Source: Candidatus Poribacteria bacterium (GTDB lineage Bacteria > Poribacteria > WGA-4E > WGA-3G). From it: 64,000 bases of DNA. Shown here piece after piece: positions 29,908 to 42,247 of this stretch. The notes beneath the pieces were generated by a model. The model did not search any database. It saw only the letters and a list, made by a program, of their open reading frames with translations, and had not been told where the DNA came from. The stretch covers positions 3,552,001 through 3,616,000 of the forward strand of contig OZ243938.1 in assembly GCA_965214095.1 (NCBI GenBank), read 5' to 3'. How positions within the stretch are numbered: the first letter of the stretch is position 1; each line of letters begins with the position of its first letter. Position numbers and translations under genes: made by a program.

Positions 29908-31191
29908 ATGAAATTCGGGTTATTTTATGAACACCAAATCCCACGTCCATGGCACGATGGAGCAGAACATAAACTTTTTCAAGATGCGTTAGAACAGGTA
30001 GAATTAGCCGACAAACTTGGATTTGACTATATTTGGGAGGTAGAACATCATTTTCTTGAAGAATATTCACATTCTTCAGCACCAGAGGTATTTCTCGCTG
30101 CGTGTAGCCAACGCACCAAACAGATACGACTTGGACACGGTATTGTCTTGATGCCGCCTGCGTATAACCATCCTGCGCGCGTCGCTGAACGGATTTCAAC
30201 GTTAGACTTGGTATCAAATGGACGCGTGGAGTGGGGAACAGGCGAATCCGCATCACACATGGAACTCGGTGGATTCAGAGTTGACCCGAAGTACAAACGA
30301 GAAATGTGGGAAGAATGTACTCGTGAAACAGCGAAAATGATGACACAATCCCCTTATGCCGGATATGATGGTAAATACTTCTCAATGCCAGTTCGCAATG
30401 TCGTTCCAAAGCCGCTACAAACACCTCATCCACCGCCTTGGGTTGCCTGTTCCAGTCGGGATAGTCTCCGTTTTGCTGCAAAATATGGGTTAGGCGCGCT
30501 GACCTTTGCATTCGTTGATGCAAATGAAGCACAATTCTGGGTTGAGGAGTACTACGAAATCTTTGAAAAGGAATGCACGCCACTAACGCAAAGAGCAAAT
30601 CCGAATATTGCGATGGTATCCGGTTTTTCCTGTCACGAAAACGAGGAGACTGCACTTGCACGCGGTTTGGATGGATTGCGATTCTTCCGATTTGCGCTTG
30701 CACACTACTATTACAACGGTTCACAAATACCGGGTGAAACAGATATCTGGCGTAAATTCAAGCAATCACAACAGGATTCTGCTGAAGCACGTGCAGGAAT
30801 CGGCACACCTGACCAAGTCCGTGAACATTTAGAAATCATGGAGGACGCAGGTGTTGATCAGGTCGTCTTTATTCAGCAGGCAGGCATGAACGAACACGAA
30901 GATATATGCGAATCCTTACAACTCTTTGCTGACAAGGTGTTGCCTGACTTCAAGGAACGTGATGCCGAACATACAGAAGAGAAAAATGAAAGACTCGCTG
31001 ACGCAATTACGGCAGCAGAAACGCGAAAACCAGAATTATCTGCTCTTAATCAGATACCGATAGTGGATTCCTATCCTGTTCTAAAAAAGAAACTTGAGGA
31101 AAAAGCAGCGGAAGTAGGCGATCCTGAGATGAGTGATGATGGCAAAAAGTTCCTACTTTCAATAGAAGGTGGTCCTCGGAAAGAGGAGTGA
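29908..31191 (+). CDS. LLM-class flavin-dependent oxidoreductase (luciferase-like)
   Basis: MKFGLF, VEHHF, HPARVAERISTLDLVSNGRVEWG, PKPLQTPHPP. Confidence 0.9.
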   Translation: MKFGLFYEHQIPRPWHDGAEHKLFQDALEQVELADKLGFDYIWEVEHHFLEEYSHSSAPEVFLAACSQRTKQIRLGHGIVLMPPAYNHPARVAERISTLDLVSNGRVEWGTGESASHMELGGFRVDPKYKREMWEECTRETAKMMTQSPYAGYDGKYFSMPVRNVVPKPLQTPHPPPWVACSSRDSLRFAAKYGLGALTFAFVDANEAQFWVEEYYEIFEKECTPLTQRANPNIAMVSGFSCHENEETALARGLDGLRFFRFALAHYYYNGSQIPGETDIWRKFKQSQQDSAEARAGIGTPDQVREHLEIMEDAGVDQVVFIQQAGMNEHEDICESLQLFADKVLPDFKERDAEHTEEKNERLADAITAAETRKPELSALNQIPIVDSYPVLKKKLEEKAAEVGDPEMSDDGKKFLLSIEGGPRKEE

Positions 31192-31204
31192 TGGACAGAA
31201 TATC

Positions 31205-32641
31205 ATGAAAAATGTCTTGGTGATTGACGATGATGAGAAAATCTGTTGGGCGTTTCAGCAGTTCCTTGACGGTGAGGGATACAATCCCAGCATAGCGAAC
31301 AACGCTGAGGAAGGACTGCAACGGATTGATGCTGACAAACCGGATGTCGTTTTGTTGGATGTCAATCTTCCCGGCATGAGCGGTTTAGAGGCGTTGTCAG
31401 AAATTAAAATACACCATCCATCAGTGATTGTCGTCATCATCACTGCTTATGATGATGTTGAAACGACAATTGAGGCGATGCGGCTACACGCTTTCGATTT
31501 TGTGCCAAAACCGATTGACTTAGAAGTCGTCAAGAGCGTTCTTGAACGTGCTTTCCGAACACAGTCTGTCCGTAGCACTTTACCGATTGATACAGAATCT
31601 GATTCTCTAACTGAACAGCAGGGACATCGACTCGTTGGAAAAAGCGATCAGATGCGCGAGATATACAAACTCATCGGTGTGTTGGCGAGTAATACTACCA
31701 CAGTTCTCATTGAAGGCGAAACAGGAACAGGAAAAGACCTCGTCGCACGTGCAATTCACGCAGGTAGTGAACGCAAAGATATGCCGTTCATCCCTGTTGA
31801 TTGTGGTGCACTTCCAGATGAGTTACTTGAAAGTGAATTGTTCGGTTACGAAGCAGGCGCATTCACGGGTGCAAAAGCTGAAGGGAAACCCGGACGTTTT
31901 GAATTAGCGAATGGTGGTACACTATTCATTGATGAAGTCGCAAATATGAGTCCTGCCTTACAAGTGAAGTTACTTCGCACATTGCAGACACATGAGTTTG
32001 AAAGGTTGGGTGGTACGCAAACTCTAAATGTTAATGTGCGTGTCATTGCTGCTACCAATCAAGAACTCAGTCAAATGGTCAAACTTGGTGATTTCCGAAC
32101 TGACCTTTACTATCGGTTCAAACGAATCGCGCTTCATTTACCACCATTGAGGGAACGGAAAGAAGATATACCTTTGCTGATTAACCATTTCTTGCAGCTT
32201 GTTCAGGAAGAACTCGGTAAACAGATACGTGGTATTTCCGAAGAAGGTATGACATTACTACAAAATTACATGTGGCCCGGCAATGTTCGTGAGTTAGAGA
32301 ACTGCATCCGAAGTGCTGCTGCGTTATCACGTTCAGATGTAATCCTACCGGACGATCTGCCGTCCGAAATTCATTCTGGTCAAGATGAAGTCTCTCCTGA
32401 GGCATCATACATGGAAACATCGCTAAAACCTGTCTTACAACATATTGCGAAAGCTGGGATTGCGGAAGGCAGCACGCAGCTTTACGATGAAGTGCTGTCT
32501 ATGTTAGATCAGACTCTCATTGAGCTTGCACTCACTGAGTGTTCACACAATCAAAGCAAGACAGCAGAATTATTGGGTATCAGTAGAACCACGCTGATAA
32601 AGAAGATGAAACAGCATAAAATTGGAGAAAACGGAGAATAA
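31205..32641 (+). CDS. Sigma54-dependent response regulator (NtrC family)
   Basis: REC domain (DDD, LLD, KP), GETGTGK, ESELFG, GAFTGA, WPGNVREL, Fis-type HTH. Confidence 0.93.
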   Translation: MKNVLVIDDDEKICWAFQQFLDGEGYNPSIANNAEEGLQRIDADKPDVVLLDVNLPGMSGLEALSEIKIHHPSVIVVIITAYDDVETTIEAMRLHAFDFVPKPIDLEVVKSVLERAFRTQSVRSTLPIDTESDSLTEQQGHRLVGKSDQMREIYKLIGVLASNTTTVLIEGETGTGKDLVARAIHAGSERKDMPFIPVDCGALPDELLESELFGYEAGAFTGAKAEGKPGRFELANGGTLFIDEVANMSPALQVKLLRTLQTHEFERLGGTQTLNVNVRVIAATNQELSQMVKLGDFRTDLYYRFKRIALHLPPLRERKEDIPLLINHFLQLVQEELGKQIRGISEEGMTLLQNYMWPGNVRELENCIRSAAALSRSDVILPDDLPSEIHSGQDEVSPEASYMETSLKPVLQHIAKAGIAEGSTQLYDEVLSMLDQTLIELALTECSHNQSKTAELLGISRTTLIKKMKQHKIGENGE

Positions 32642-32647
32642 GTAAAT

Positions 32648-33364
32648 ATGGGTTCGTGGATTGGGATTGCACACCGCGGTGCTTCGGGAATTGCACCGGA
32701 AAACACACTTACTGCTTTCAACAAAGCGATTGAAATCGGTGTGGATGCTGTTGAACTTGACCTGCACGGCACTGTGGACGGTGAAGTCGTTGTTATACAC
32801 GATTCCTCCTTAGATAGAACAACGAACATGTGTGGTGCTATAAACCAAACAACTTTAGCGAATATCAAGCAAGCGGACGCGGGTTCATGGTTTCATCCAC
32901 AGTTCAAAGGTGAAACAATTCCAACGCTTGAAGAGGCATTAGCATGTATCGCTGGCAAATCAATTGCAGTACTGGAAATCAAGGACCCGTCCATCACTGA
33001 GTCAGTTGTCCAAACGATTGTTGAGATGAGTCTGCTTGACAGAGTTGTAATCATCTCATTCAATATATCCGACCTGAACACCGTTCGTGCCATAGAACCG
33101 AGAATCCCTACGGGGTGGCTTATCGGTGGTAACAATAGAAAAACTGATCCAATCCAATTGTGTCATAAGTTTTGCTCTATCGGATGTAACTTATTAAATG
33201 TCAATCACCAACTGATTACCGATGAATTCGCTTACGAAGTCAGACGACGTGGTATCTCTCTGTGGACTTGGACAGTGGATGATATTGATCGGATGCGAGA
33301 GTTGCGAGATGTCGGTGTGCAAGGGATTACATCTAACCATCCTGAGCATTTTCAGAGAGTTTAG
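32648..33364 (+). CDS. Glycerophosphodiester phosphodiesterase
   Basis: AHRGAS..APENT, ELD, HD..LDRTT, IPTLEE, WTVD. Confidence 0.92.
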   Translation: MGSWIGIAHRGASGIAPENTLTAFNKAIEIGVDAVELDLHGTVDGEVVVIHDSSLDRTTNMCGAINQTTLANIKQADAGSWFHPQFKGETIPTLEEALACIAGKSIAVLEIKDPSITESVVQTIVEMSLLDRVVIISFNISDLNTVRAIEPRIPTGWLIGGNNRKTDPIQLCHKFCSIGCNLLNVNHQLITDEFAYEVRRRGISLWTWTVDDIDRMRELRDVGVQGITSNHPEHFQRV

Positions 33365-34694
33365 TCTTTCTCCAGAATTCTATCGCTATGAATGCACAGA
33401 TGGGATAAGAGAGCAACGTAGTTGACCATGCTATTCCTTCTAATCCCCAATACAACATAAATATCCAATTCAATACCGGATTCAGAATAAGTCTAATTAG
33501 CGTTGCAGCCAGAACTGTCAAGTGGTGTTGACATGCAAGATGTGCGCGGATTAACAACCTGCTAATCAATCTCGGCAGCATCCCAATGAGGTAAATACCC
33601 AGCAGTGAAGCAATATGTTGTTGTCCCTCCAAAGACAATTCTCCTTGGCCAAACAATATTGTCACGATAGTTGAACGAAATAGATAAAAACAGAGAAGAA
33701 ACGGCACCATCAAAACGATTACAACGGCAACGCCTCTCCATACGCTCTGCTGTAACTGTTTCGTATTCTTTGATGAAGATATCTTTGCCCAATGTGATAA
33801 CAAGACAGGCATTGTAACACCTGTCAATCCTTCAGGAATTGCACACAATCGGAGAGAATAATCCAGTTTTGAGACGGAACTCGGACCGAGTGAACTTGCC
33901 ATACCTCTGTCAACAACAGGGTTCATTCCATCTGAGACTGCTGCCCACATCATCAAAATACATTGTTTGAGAAATTGTTTTGGATATGAAATTCCTTCTG
34001 TATCTAAACGGATTTGCTTTATACTAAATAGTTCTGTCAAAGGCAATTTAAGAACAACACAGCATCTTTGAACTAAAATGATCGCTTGAAAAAATTCACC
34101 AATGATGAGTGCTAACGGAATGCTTAACCAACTGATATAAGGTTTGCCAAAATAGATGACAGCAATGACCAAAACTGCACGGATTCCTTGTAAAATGACG
34201 GGAATGTGAAATACTTGATAGGTGTCTAATATGGCTTTGAGCAACCAACGCACAGATGAAATCATCGTTAGCAACAGAAATCCACATAAGATACCAACTG
34301 CGATAGTGGTAGGGAGTCCAACGTTTGGAAAAAAGAGCTGCGAAATACCCCAGGCAATTCCACCCAACACACTGCCTACGATAGGCATAGTTAGAATGTA
34401 CCAAGTTAAGATGGATCGCACACAACGTTGTGCTTCGGTATCACCTATTGCTCTCGCATCTGCTAACAACGGCACAAGCACAGAGTAGGCAGAAGCAGCA
34501 CTTAGCAACTCAATCAGAAATGCTGCGATGCCCCAGTAATAGTAGATGAAATCCATCTCTGCAGTGTCACCAAACCACTTGGCAAGTACAATATAGATTA
34601 GGAATGTGCCAACGCGTGCTATAAGACTTAGTGGAGTGATTAGCAGTAGATTTTTGAGTAAGGAAGTTTGGGATTGGGTATCACTGTTTGACAT
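33333..34694 (-). CDS. MurJ/MviN-like (MOP superfamily) flippase
   Basis: Many TM helices; VDR.MASSLG.SSVSKLDYS.RL..IP motif. Confidence 0.75.
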   Translation of the reverse strand: MSNSDTQSQTSLLKNLLLITPLSLIARVGTFLIYIVLAKWFGDTAEMDFIYYYWGIAAFLIELLSAASAYSVLVPLLADARAIGDTEAQRCVRSILTWYILTMPIVGSVLGGIAWGISQLFFPNVGLPTTIAVGILCGFLLLTMISSVRWLLKAILDTYQVFHIPVILQGIRAVLVIAVIYFGKPYISWLSIPLALIIGEFFQAIILVQRCCVVLKLPLTELFSIKQIRLDTEGISYPKQFLKQCILMMWAAVSDGMNPVVDRGMASSLGPSSVSKLDYSLRLCAIPEGLTGVTMPVLLSHWAKISSSKNTKQLQQSVWRGVAVVIVLMVPFLLCFYLFRSTIVTILFGQGELSLEGQQHIASLLGIYLIGMLPRLISRLLIRAHLACQHHLTVLAATLIRLILNPVLNWIFMLYWGLEGIAWSTTLLSYPICAFIAIEFWRKTKLSENAQDG

Positions 34695-34874
34695 GCAATT
34701 GTTTGAGAGGTGATTGTTCTAATGTATAGACGCATTATACATACACTTCAGGATGATGTCAAGGTTATGAGGTTAAACTTGACAAAATAGAAGATTCTTA
34801 ATAATATACTTTACATCAGGCATATAGGAAATCAACCTTTATTATTACAATCATTAAAACGAGAGGAACTGATT

Positions 34875-36221
34875 ATGATCCAAACTGCTTACAAGGAAAC
34901 ATATCGTCCACAATTTCACTTCACACCAAAAACGAACTGGACTAACGATCCCAACGGATTGATCTATTACAAAGGTGAGTATCACCTTTTCTTTCAACAC
35001 AATCCAACTGGTATCAATTGGGGTAACATGACATGGGGACATGCCGTTAGTCCCGACCTTGTTCACTGGAAGCAGCTACCACATGCTATCCATCCTGATG
35101 AACTTGGTACGATTTTCTCTGGTTCTGGAGTTGTAGATTATAACAATACCGCAGGCTTCCAGACAGGCGACGAGGCAGTCCTCGTGGCATTTTATACTTC
35201 AGCTGGCAGCCACGCACCTGAAAAAGTACCGTTCACACAGAGCATCGCTTATAGTAATGACCGTGGACGGAGTTGGACGAAATATGAAGGTAACCCCGTC
35301 ATTGAGCATATTGTTGGGAGCAACCGTGACCCGAAGGTAATTTGGCACGAACCCACACAGAAATGGGTGATGACACTTTTCCTTGATGGAAATGACTTTA
35401 CCTTTTTCGGTTCTACCAATCTAACGGAATGGGAACGTCTCTCTGACATCAAGATACCAGATGGTGAATGTCCAGATCTCTTTGAACTTTCTGTGGATGG
35501 TGATCCTGACAATACCAAATGGGTGTTTTGGGGTGCTGGTGGCAAATACTATGTTGGTGATTTTGATGGAACTAACTTCATCCAAGATGGTGAATCGCAA
35601 CGCGCAGACTACGGAGCAAACTTCTATGCCGCGCAGACATGGAGCGACATTCCTGACTCAGACGGTCGCCGTATACAAATTGCATGGATGAATGGTAGCA
35701 ATCCACCAGATATGCCTTTCAATCAACAGATGAGTTTCCCATGTGTGCTAACACTGCGGACTACGGCAGATGGTATTCGTCTCTATCGTGAACCGGTCGC
35801 AGAAATAGACAATATCCATGACTATTCCCACGCATGGAGCAATGTAACGATTAATCCTGATGAGAACTTACTTGACGGTTTAACAGGTGAGCTCTTTGAC
35901 ATCCGAGCAGAGATTGAACTGAATGATGCGACAGCAGTCGGTTTCAACATTCGTGGTCAAGATGTCCGATACGATGTCGCTGAAAAGCAGTTGACGTTCC
36001 TTGAAAGGAGCGGACCACTTGCCCCACAAGATGGTAAAATCCAACTGCAGATTTTAGTTGATCGCATATCTATTGAAGCATTCGGTAATGCGGGGGCACT
36101 CTCAATGACATCCTATTTCGTGCCAGATTTGGAAAACGCTGATATCGGGATTTACGCTGAGGGTGGTGCTGCTACACTTGCATCATTGAAGGTGCATGAA
36201 CTGAAATCGTCGTGGGTATAA
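34875..36221 (+). CDS. Glycoside hydrolase family 32 (levanase/beta-fructosidase)
   Basis: WTNDPNG, WGHAVS, FSGS, RDP, ECP motifs. Confidence 0.93.
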   Translation: MIQTAYKETYRPQFHFTPKTNWTNDPNGLIYYKGEYHLFFQHNPTGINWGNMTWGHAVSPDLVHWKQLPHAIHPDELGTIFSGSGVVDYNNTAGFQTGDEAVLVAFYTSAGSHAPEKVPFTQSIAYSNDRGRSWTKYEGNPVIEHIVGSNRDPKVIWHEPTQKWVMTLFLDGNDFTFFGSTNLTEWERLSDIKIPDGECPDLFELSVDGDPDNTKWVFWGAGGKYYVGDFDGTNFIQDGESQRADYGANFYAAQTWSDIPDSDGRRIQIAWMNGSNPPDMPFNQQMSFPCVLTLRTTADGIRLYREPVAEIDNIHDYSHAWSNVTINPDENLLDGLTGELFDIRAEIELNDATAVGFNIRGQDVRYDVAEKQLTFLERSGPLAPQDGKIQLQILVDRISIEAFGNAGALSMTSYFVPDLENADIGIYAEGGAATLASLKVHELKSSWV

Positions 36222-36250
36222 CAACAATTAAATCAACAAATCATCATACG

Positions 36251-36274
36251 GTAGGTGCGGTTTCCTAACCGCAC
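36251..36274 (+). repeat. Single GTAG REP (GGTT-TCCT-AACC family)
   Basis: GTAGGTGCGGTTTCCTAACCGCAC. Confidence 0.75.
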
Positions 36275-36299
36275 TACGCATTTTAAGTTTGCAAATCTC

Positions 36300-36710
36300 C
36301 TAAGAATATAGCGTCGCTGTTAGGTTTCGTTTGCCACCCTGATTGCGAAATTCGCACAGATAGATTCCTTGCCATATACCTAAATTTAGGTTGTGGTTCG
36401 TAATCGGGATGGACACGGCAAAACCGACAAGCGACGCTTTGATATGTGCTGGCATATCGTCATCCCCTTCTATCGTGTGCTTATAAAAAGGTTCACGTTC
36501 CTTTACGAGACGGTCAAAACTATTTGCAAAGTCTTCTCGCACCGTCGGATCATCATTTTCATTAATGGTTATACCTGCTGAGGTGTGCTTGATAAAGAGA
36601 TGCAGAATACCTGTTTCTGGGAGATCGCCAAGCGAATTTGCGATCTCATCTGTGATGAGATGGAAACCGCGCGGGTATGTTGGTAAAGTTATTTCAAATT
36701 GTTGTATCAT
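36300..36710 (-). CDS. YjbQ/UPF0047 family protein
   Basis: HTSAGITINENDDP, EGDDDMPAHIKASL, LGIWQGIYLCEFR. Confidence 0.92.
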   Translation of the reverse strand: MIQQFEITLPTYPRGFHLITDEIANSLGDLPETGILHLFIKHTSAGITINENDDPTVREDFANSFDRLVKEREPFYKHTIEGDDDMPAHIKASLVGFAVSIPITNHNLNLGIWQGIYLCEFRNQGGKRNLTATLYS

Positions 36711-36909
36711 ATCGTTCCTGTTCTTTGTTGGTTTCTTGTTATGATAACATATTTCAGTGAGAATGCAAGGGAAATTGGTAGAGATGAAACAAGCATCTCT
36801 TTGTTTTTACACTTCGTATGTGGTAAACTAAAGAATATCTTAACCTTCAGAAATCCTTTCTGAAAAATACATATTTTGAGGAAATTGAGAAAAATTCAAT
36901 AATGATTCA

Positions 36910-37764
36910 ATGGAGAAATTACATAATCCAAATACACATCCATCTATCCCACACTATTATGTAGACGAAGGAGGAGACAGTACACTATTTTCTAGGACAG
37001 GCAAGGTAATAGTTGGTACAGAAGGGTGTTCTCGTTTCTTCATACTTGGTCTATTAGATGTGCCAGAACCTGATGCATTAAAGGTTCGTTTTGATCAACT
37101 GCGAACTCAACTGATGAGTGATTCCTATTTCAAGGGAGTGCCTTCAATGCAGCCAAAGACTCGAAAAACCGCGCTTGCATTCCATGCTAAAGATGATCTA
37201 CCTGAAGTCCGAAGAGAGGTCTTTCAAAGTTTGCGTGACACTAAGGGATTACGGTTTTATGCTGTCGTTGCGGATAAATTGAGCGTTCTTGAATACGTAC
37301 GCCAACGTAACAAACGGGAACTAGATTATCGGTATCATCCTAACGAACTCTACGACTATTTGACAGGACTTTTATTCAAAGAAAGATTACGTCAGCAGAA
37401 AGTGTATAATATTATTTTTTCAAAACGCGGTAAATCTGGACGCACTGATGCTTTGCGTCAAGCAATTGAATTTACCCCTGAACTGCTACAATATCAGAGT
37501 AATTTGCAAAGAAATGTATTGACTGATGTTACTTTGGATGTTTCAGCAGCAACACCGAAAGAACATGCAGGTCTACAAGCTGTAGACTATTTTATTTGGG
37601 CATTACAGAGACTCTATGAACGAGGTGAAGAGCGATATTTGACATATCTGTGGGATGTATTCTGTCTTGTCCATGATATAGACGACAAACGCGAAACAGA
37701 TTACGGCGTTTTTTATACGCAAAACATGCCTCTCACAGTAGATACTTTGAAGGGAAGAAAATAA
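36910..37764 (+). CDS. DUF3800 family protein (RNase H-like fold)
   Basis: N-terminal YVDEGG, FHAKDD and C-terminal GLQAVDYF (QxxD) motifs. Confidence 0.82.
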   Translation: MEKLHNPNTHPSIPHYYVDEGGDSTLFSRTGKVIVGTEGCSRFFILGLLDVPEPDALKVRFDQLRTQLMSDSYFKGVPSMQPKTRKTALAFHAKDDLPEVRREVFQSLRDTKGLRFYAVVADKLSVLEYVRQRNKRELDYRYHPNELYDYLTGLLFKERLRQQKVYNIIFSKRGKSGRTDALRQAIEFTPELLQYQSNLQRNVLTDVTLDVSAATPKEHAGLQAVDYFIWALQRLYERGEERYLTYLWDVFCLVHDIDDKRETDYGVFYTQNMPLTVDTLKGRK

Positions 37765-37840
37765 AAAAGCCAGGGATATAGGATTGTTCTGGGCCGTAGC
37801 CTTCCAATCACACGGATGAACCCGAATTTTGTCCACTGGC
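37763..37840 (-). ncRNA. Putative DUF3800-associated structured small RNA, convergent with the gene
   Basis: Closing stem GCCAG-U-GGA/UCC-CUGGC, two internal hairpins, U-tract, dedicated promoter immediately upstream. Confidence 0.72.
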
Positions 37841-37846
37841 AATTAT

Positions 37847-37875
37847 ATTGTACTACATACCCTTCATTGTGTCAA
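37847..37875 (-). promoter_or_regulatory. Sigma70-type promoter driving the small RNA
   Basis: TTGACA-17 nt-TACAAT; predicted start site at about 37840, the first base of the closing stem. Confidence 0.72.
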
Positions 37876-38039
37876 GTAATTTTCACACCCTCCCAAAATT
37901 TCATTTGCAGAAAATACGCATTTATAGTATCATATAAACATGCACATTTTATATATTATGAGGTACTGCTTACACCATTAAGGTAAATCATCAACAGTAT
38001 CTTGTATTCTACTTTTGAGACAGATAAGGAGCAAAAAAT

Positions 38040-38333
38040 ATGAGCAATGAAGCATTAGGAATGGTTGAAACACGTGGGTTAATCGGTGCAGTTGAAGCTG
38101 CCGACACGATGGTCAAAGCCGCTAACGTCAAATTGATTGGGAAAGAACAGGTAGGTGGTGGTTTTGTAACCGTCATGGTGCGTGGCGATGTGGGTGCAGT
38201 GCAAGCTGCGACAGATGCTGGTGCAGAAGCTGCAAAAGCAGTCGGTGAACTCGTATCCGTACACGTCATTCCTCGTCCACATTCAGATGTTGAAACTATT
38301 CTCGCTAGTAAAGCTGCCGATTCGGATGCGTAA
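38040..38333 (+). CDS. Bacterial microcompartment hexamer shell protein (EutM/PduA-like)
   Basis: [26 protein letters not shown]...GDVGAVQAA...HVIPRPH. Confidence 0.95.
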   Translation: MSNEALGMVETRGLIGAVEAADTMVKAANVKLIGKEQVGGGFVTVMVRGDVGAVQAATDAGAEAAKAVGELVSVHVIPRPHSDVETILASKAADSDA

Positions 38334-38580
38334 ATCCATTGTTTGTATTGGACATGACGCGATATTAGACATCGCGTCCGTTGGGAATGTGATATTAATC
38401 TAATTGAAGGTAAACAGACACGTCTGATTCTTCTGTTATTACATCAACTTATCCCCACCAATACATAGAAATCGTCACATCAATATAGAAACCTTAGCGA
38501 TGCTTGGATTTCTAAACACGCAACCGTGTTATCTTTGATTTACATCGGTTATGTCCATACTTGAGATATTGGAGGTATGA

Positions 38581-40005
38581 ATGGCACAAATTGATGAGAA
38601 ACAGATTGAACAGATTGTTTCACAAGTCCTAACGACACTACAGCAAGATGGAAAGGTTACTGCACCTCCCGTAACGTCTGGGACAAGTTCTTCTCGGTCA
38701 GGTGTTTTCGCATCTGTGGAGGAGGCAATCAGCGCAGCCAAAACAGCACAAGAAGCACTCATCAAACTTGGGTTTGCCAAAAGACGGGAGATTATAGAAG
38801 CAATCAAACAAGTCTCTCTTGAAAATGCAAAACGACTCGCAGAACTGGCAGTTCAAGAGACAAAAATGGGTAACCCAGAACATAAAATAATGAAAAATGA
38901 AGGTGCTGTCAACCTGTCACCCGGCATGGAAGACCTAATATCGGAGTCTATGTCCGGAGATGATGGCACGTTATTAATTGAATATGTCCCGTTCGGTGTT
39001 ATCAATTCGATTACTCCCACCACAAATCCCACATCCACAGTAATCAACCATGCAATTATCATGATTTCTGCGGGGAACGCAGTCGTATTTAGTCCGCATC
39101 CCAACGCGAGTGAATGCACTGAAGAGACGATGCATGTCATCAACGATGCGATAGTGAAGGCAGGTGGTCCTGCAAATCTACTGGCATCCGTTGCGAATGC
39201 TACACTACGGACAGCAAAACAAATTATGGATCATCCTGATATAGCGATGGTTGCTGCAACGGGTGGGGCAAGTGTTGTCAAAGCTGCGTTGACAAGTGGT
39301 AAGAAAGCAATCGCAGCGGGACCTGGTAATCCACCCGCAATTATTGACGAAACCGCTGATATTCCAAATGCTGCCAGACACGTAATCGCAGGGACAAGTT
39401 TTGACAATAACCTACTCTGTATCGGAGAAAAAGCACTCTTTGTCGTTGAATCTGTCGCAAATGATGCGATACAACAACTAACACAGAACGGTGGACACCT
39501 GCTTAATGCAAGTCAACGCGAAGCACTTGAAGCAGTTGTCACAGAGAATGGAGAATCCAATAAAGAATATATCGGTAAAGATGCGAAAACTATCCTTGAA
39601 GCGGCAGGGATCACAGCACCAGCACAAACGGTCGCTATCGTAGTGGAAGTTCCAGCAGACCACAATTTTGTAATCAACGAATATCTTATGCCTATATTGC
39701 CTGTGGTTCGAGTGCGTGATTTTGACGAGGCACTGAAAGGTGCACTTGCAGCAGATGGTGGCAGAGGACACACCGCCATGCTCCACACGAACAACACAAA
39801 ACGTATTACGCAATATCACAAGGCAATGAATTGTAGTGTTGTTGTTGTTAATGCCCCCTCTTATGCGTGTTGTGGTTTGGAAGGTGAAGGCTTTTTAGCA
39901 ATGACAATCGCCGGACCAACGGGTGAAGGATATACCCGTCCCCGAACGTTTACTCGACAAAGACGCTTAACCATCGCTAACGACCTATCTACTCACACCT
40001 TGTGA
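38581..40005 (+). CDS. BMC-associated acylating aldehyde dehydrogenase (EutE/PduP-like)
   Basis: N-terminal encapsulation peptide, PTTNPT, ATGG, AGPGNPP, SFDNNLLCIGEK, TGEG. Confidence 0.92.
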   Translation: MAQIDEKQIEQIVSQVLTTLQQDGKVTAPPVTSGTSSSRSGVFASVEEAISAAKTAQEALIKLGFAKRREIIEAIKQVSLENAKRLAELAVQETKMGNPEHKIMKNEGAVNLSPGMEDLISESMSGDDGTLLIEYVPFGVINSITPTTNPTSTVINHAIIMISAGNAVVFSPHPNASECTEETMHVINDAIVKAGGPANLLASVANATLRTAKQIMDHPDIAMVAATGGASVVKAALTSGKKAIAAGPGNPPAIIDETADIPNAARHVIAGTSFDNNLLCIGEKALFVVESVANDAIQQLTQNGGHLLNASQREALEAVVTENGESNKEYIGKDAKTILEAAGITAPAQTVAIVVEVPADHNFVINEYLMPILPVVRVRDFDEALKGALAADGGRGHTAMLHTNNTKRITQYHKAMNCSVVVVNAPSYACCGLEGEGFLAMTIAGPTGEGYTRPRTFTRQRRLTIANDLSTHTL

Positions 40006-40065
40006 CGGAAATAACTTCATAGCGATCGGTTCGTATCGTACCAATCATTTTTGTGAAATATCTGT

Positions 40066-40089
40066 GGCGGAGTTTACTCCGCCTTTTTT
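40066..40089 (+). terminator. Rho-independent terminator
   Basis: GGCGGAGT-TT-ACTCCGCC followed by TTTTTT. Confidence 0.8.
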
Positions 40090-40143
40090 ATGTAATCTTA
40101 TATAAAATGGAACGTTTAATTAGACATAAATATTTGAAAATAA

Positions 40144-42171
<2,028 letters not shown>

Positions 42172-42247
42172 TGGAATTGGTAGGAGAAAAATCAAAGATA
42201 TATTGTTAAAAAGAATCTATTCTATGCAATGAGATAGATTTTGGTAA

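Noticed and set aside
31169-31204. N-terminal extension of the NtrC-like ORF
   Set aside because: It overlaps the upstream gene; the REC domain begins at ATG 31205.
38582-38596. Sigma54 promoter TGGCAC...
   Set aside because: Lies at a start codon and lacks the TTGC -12 element.
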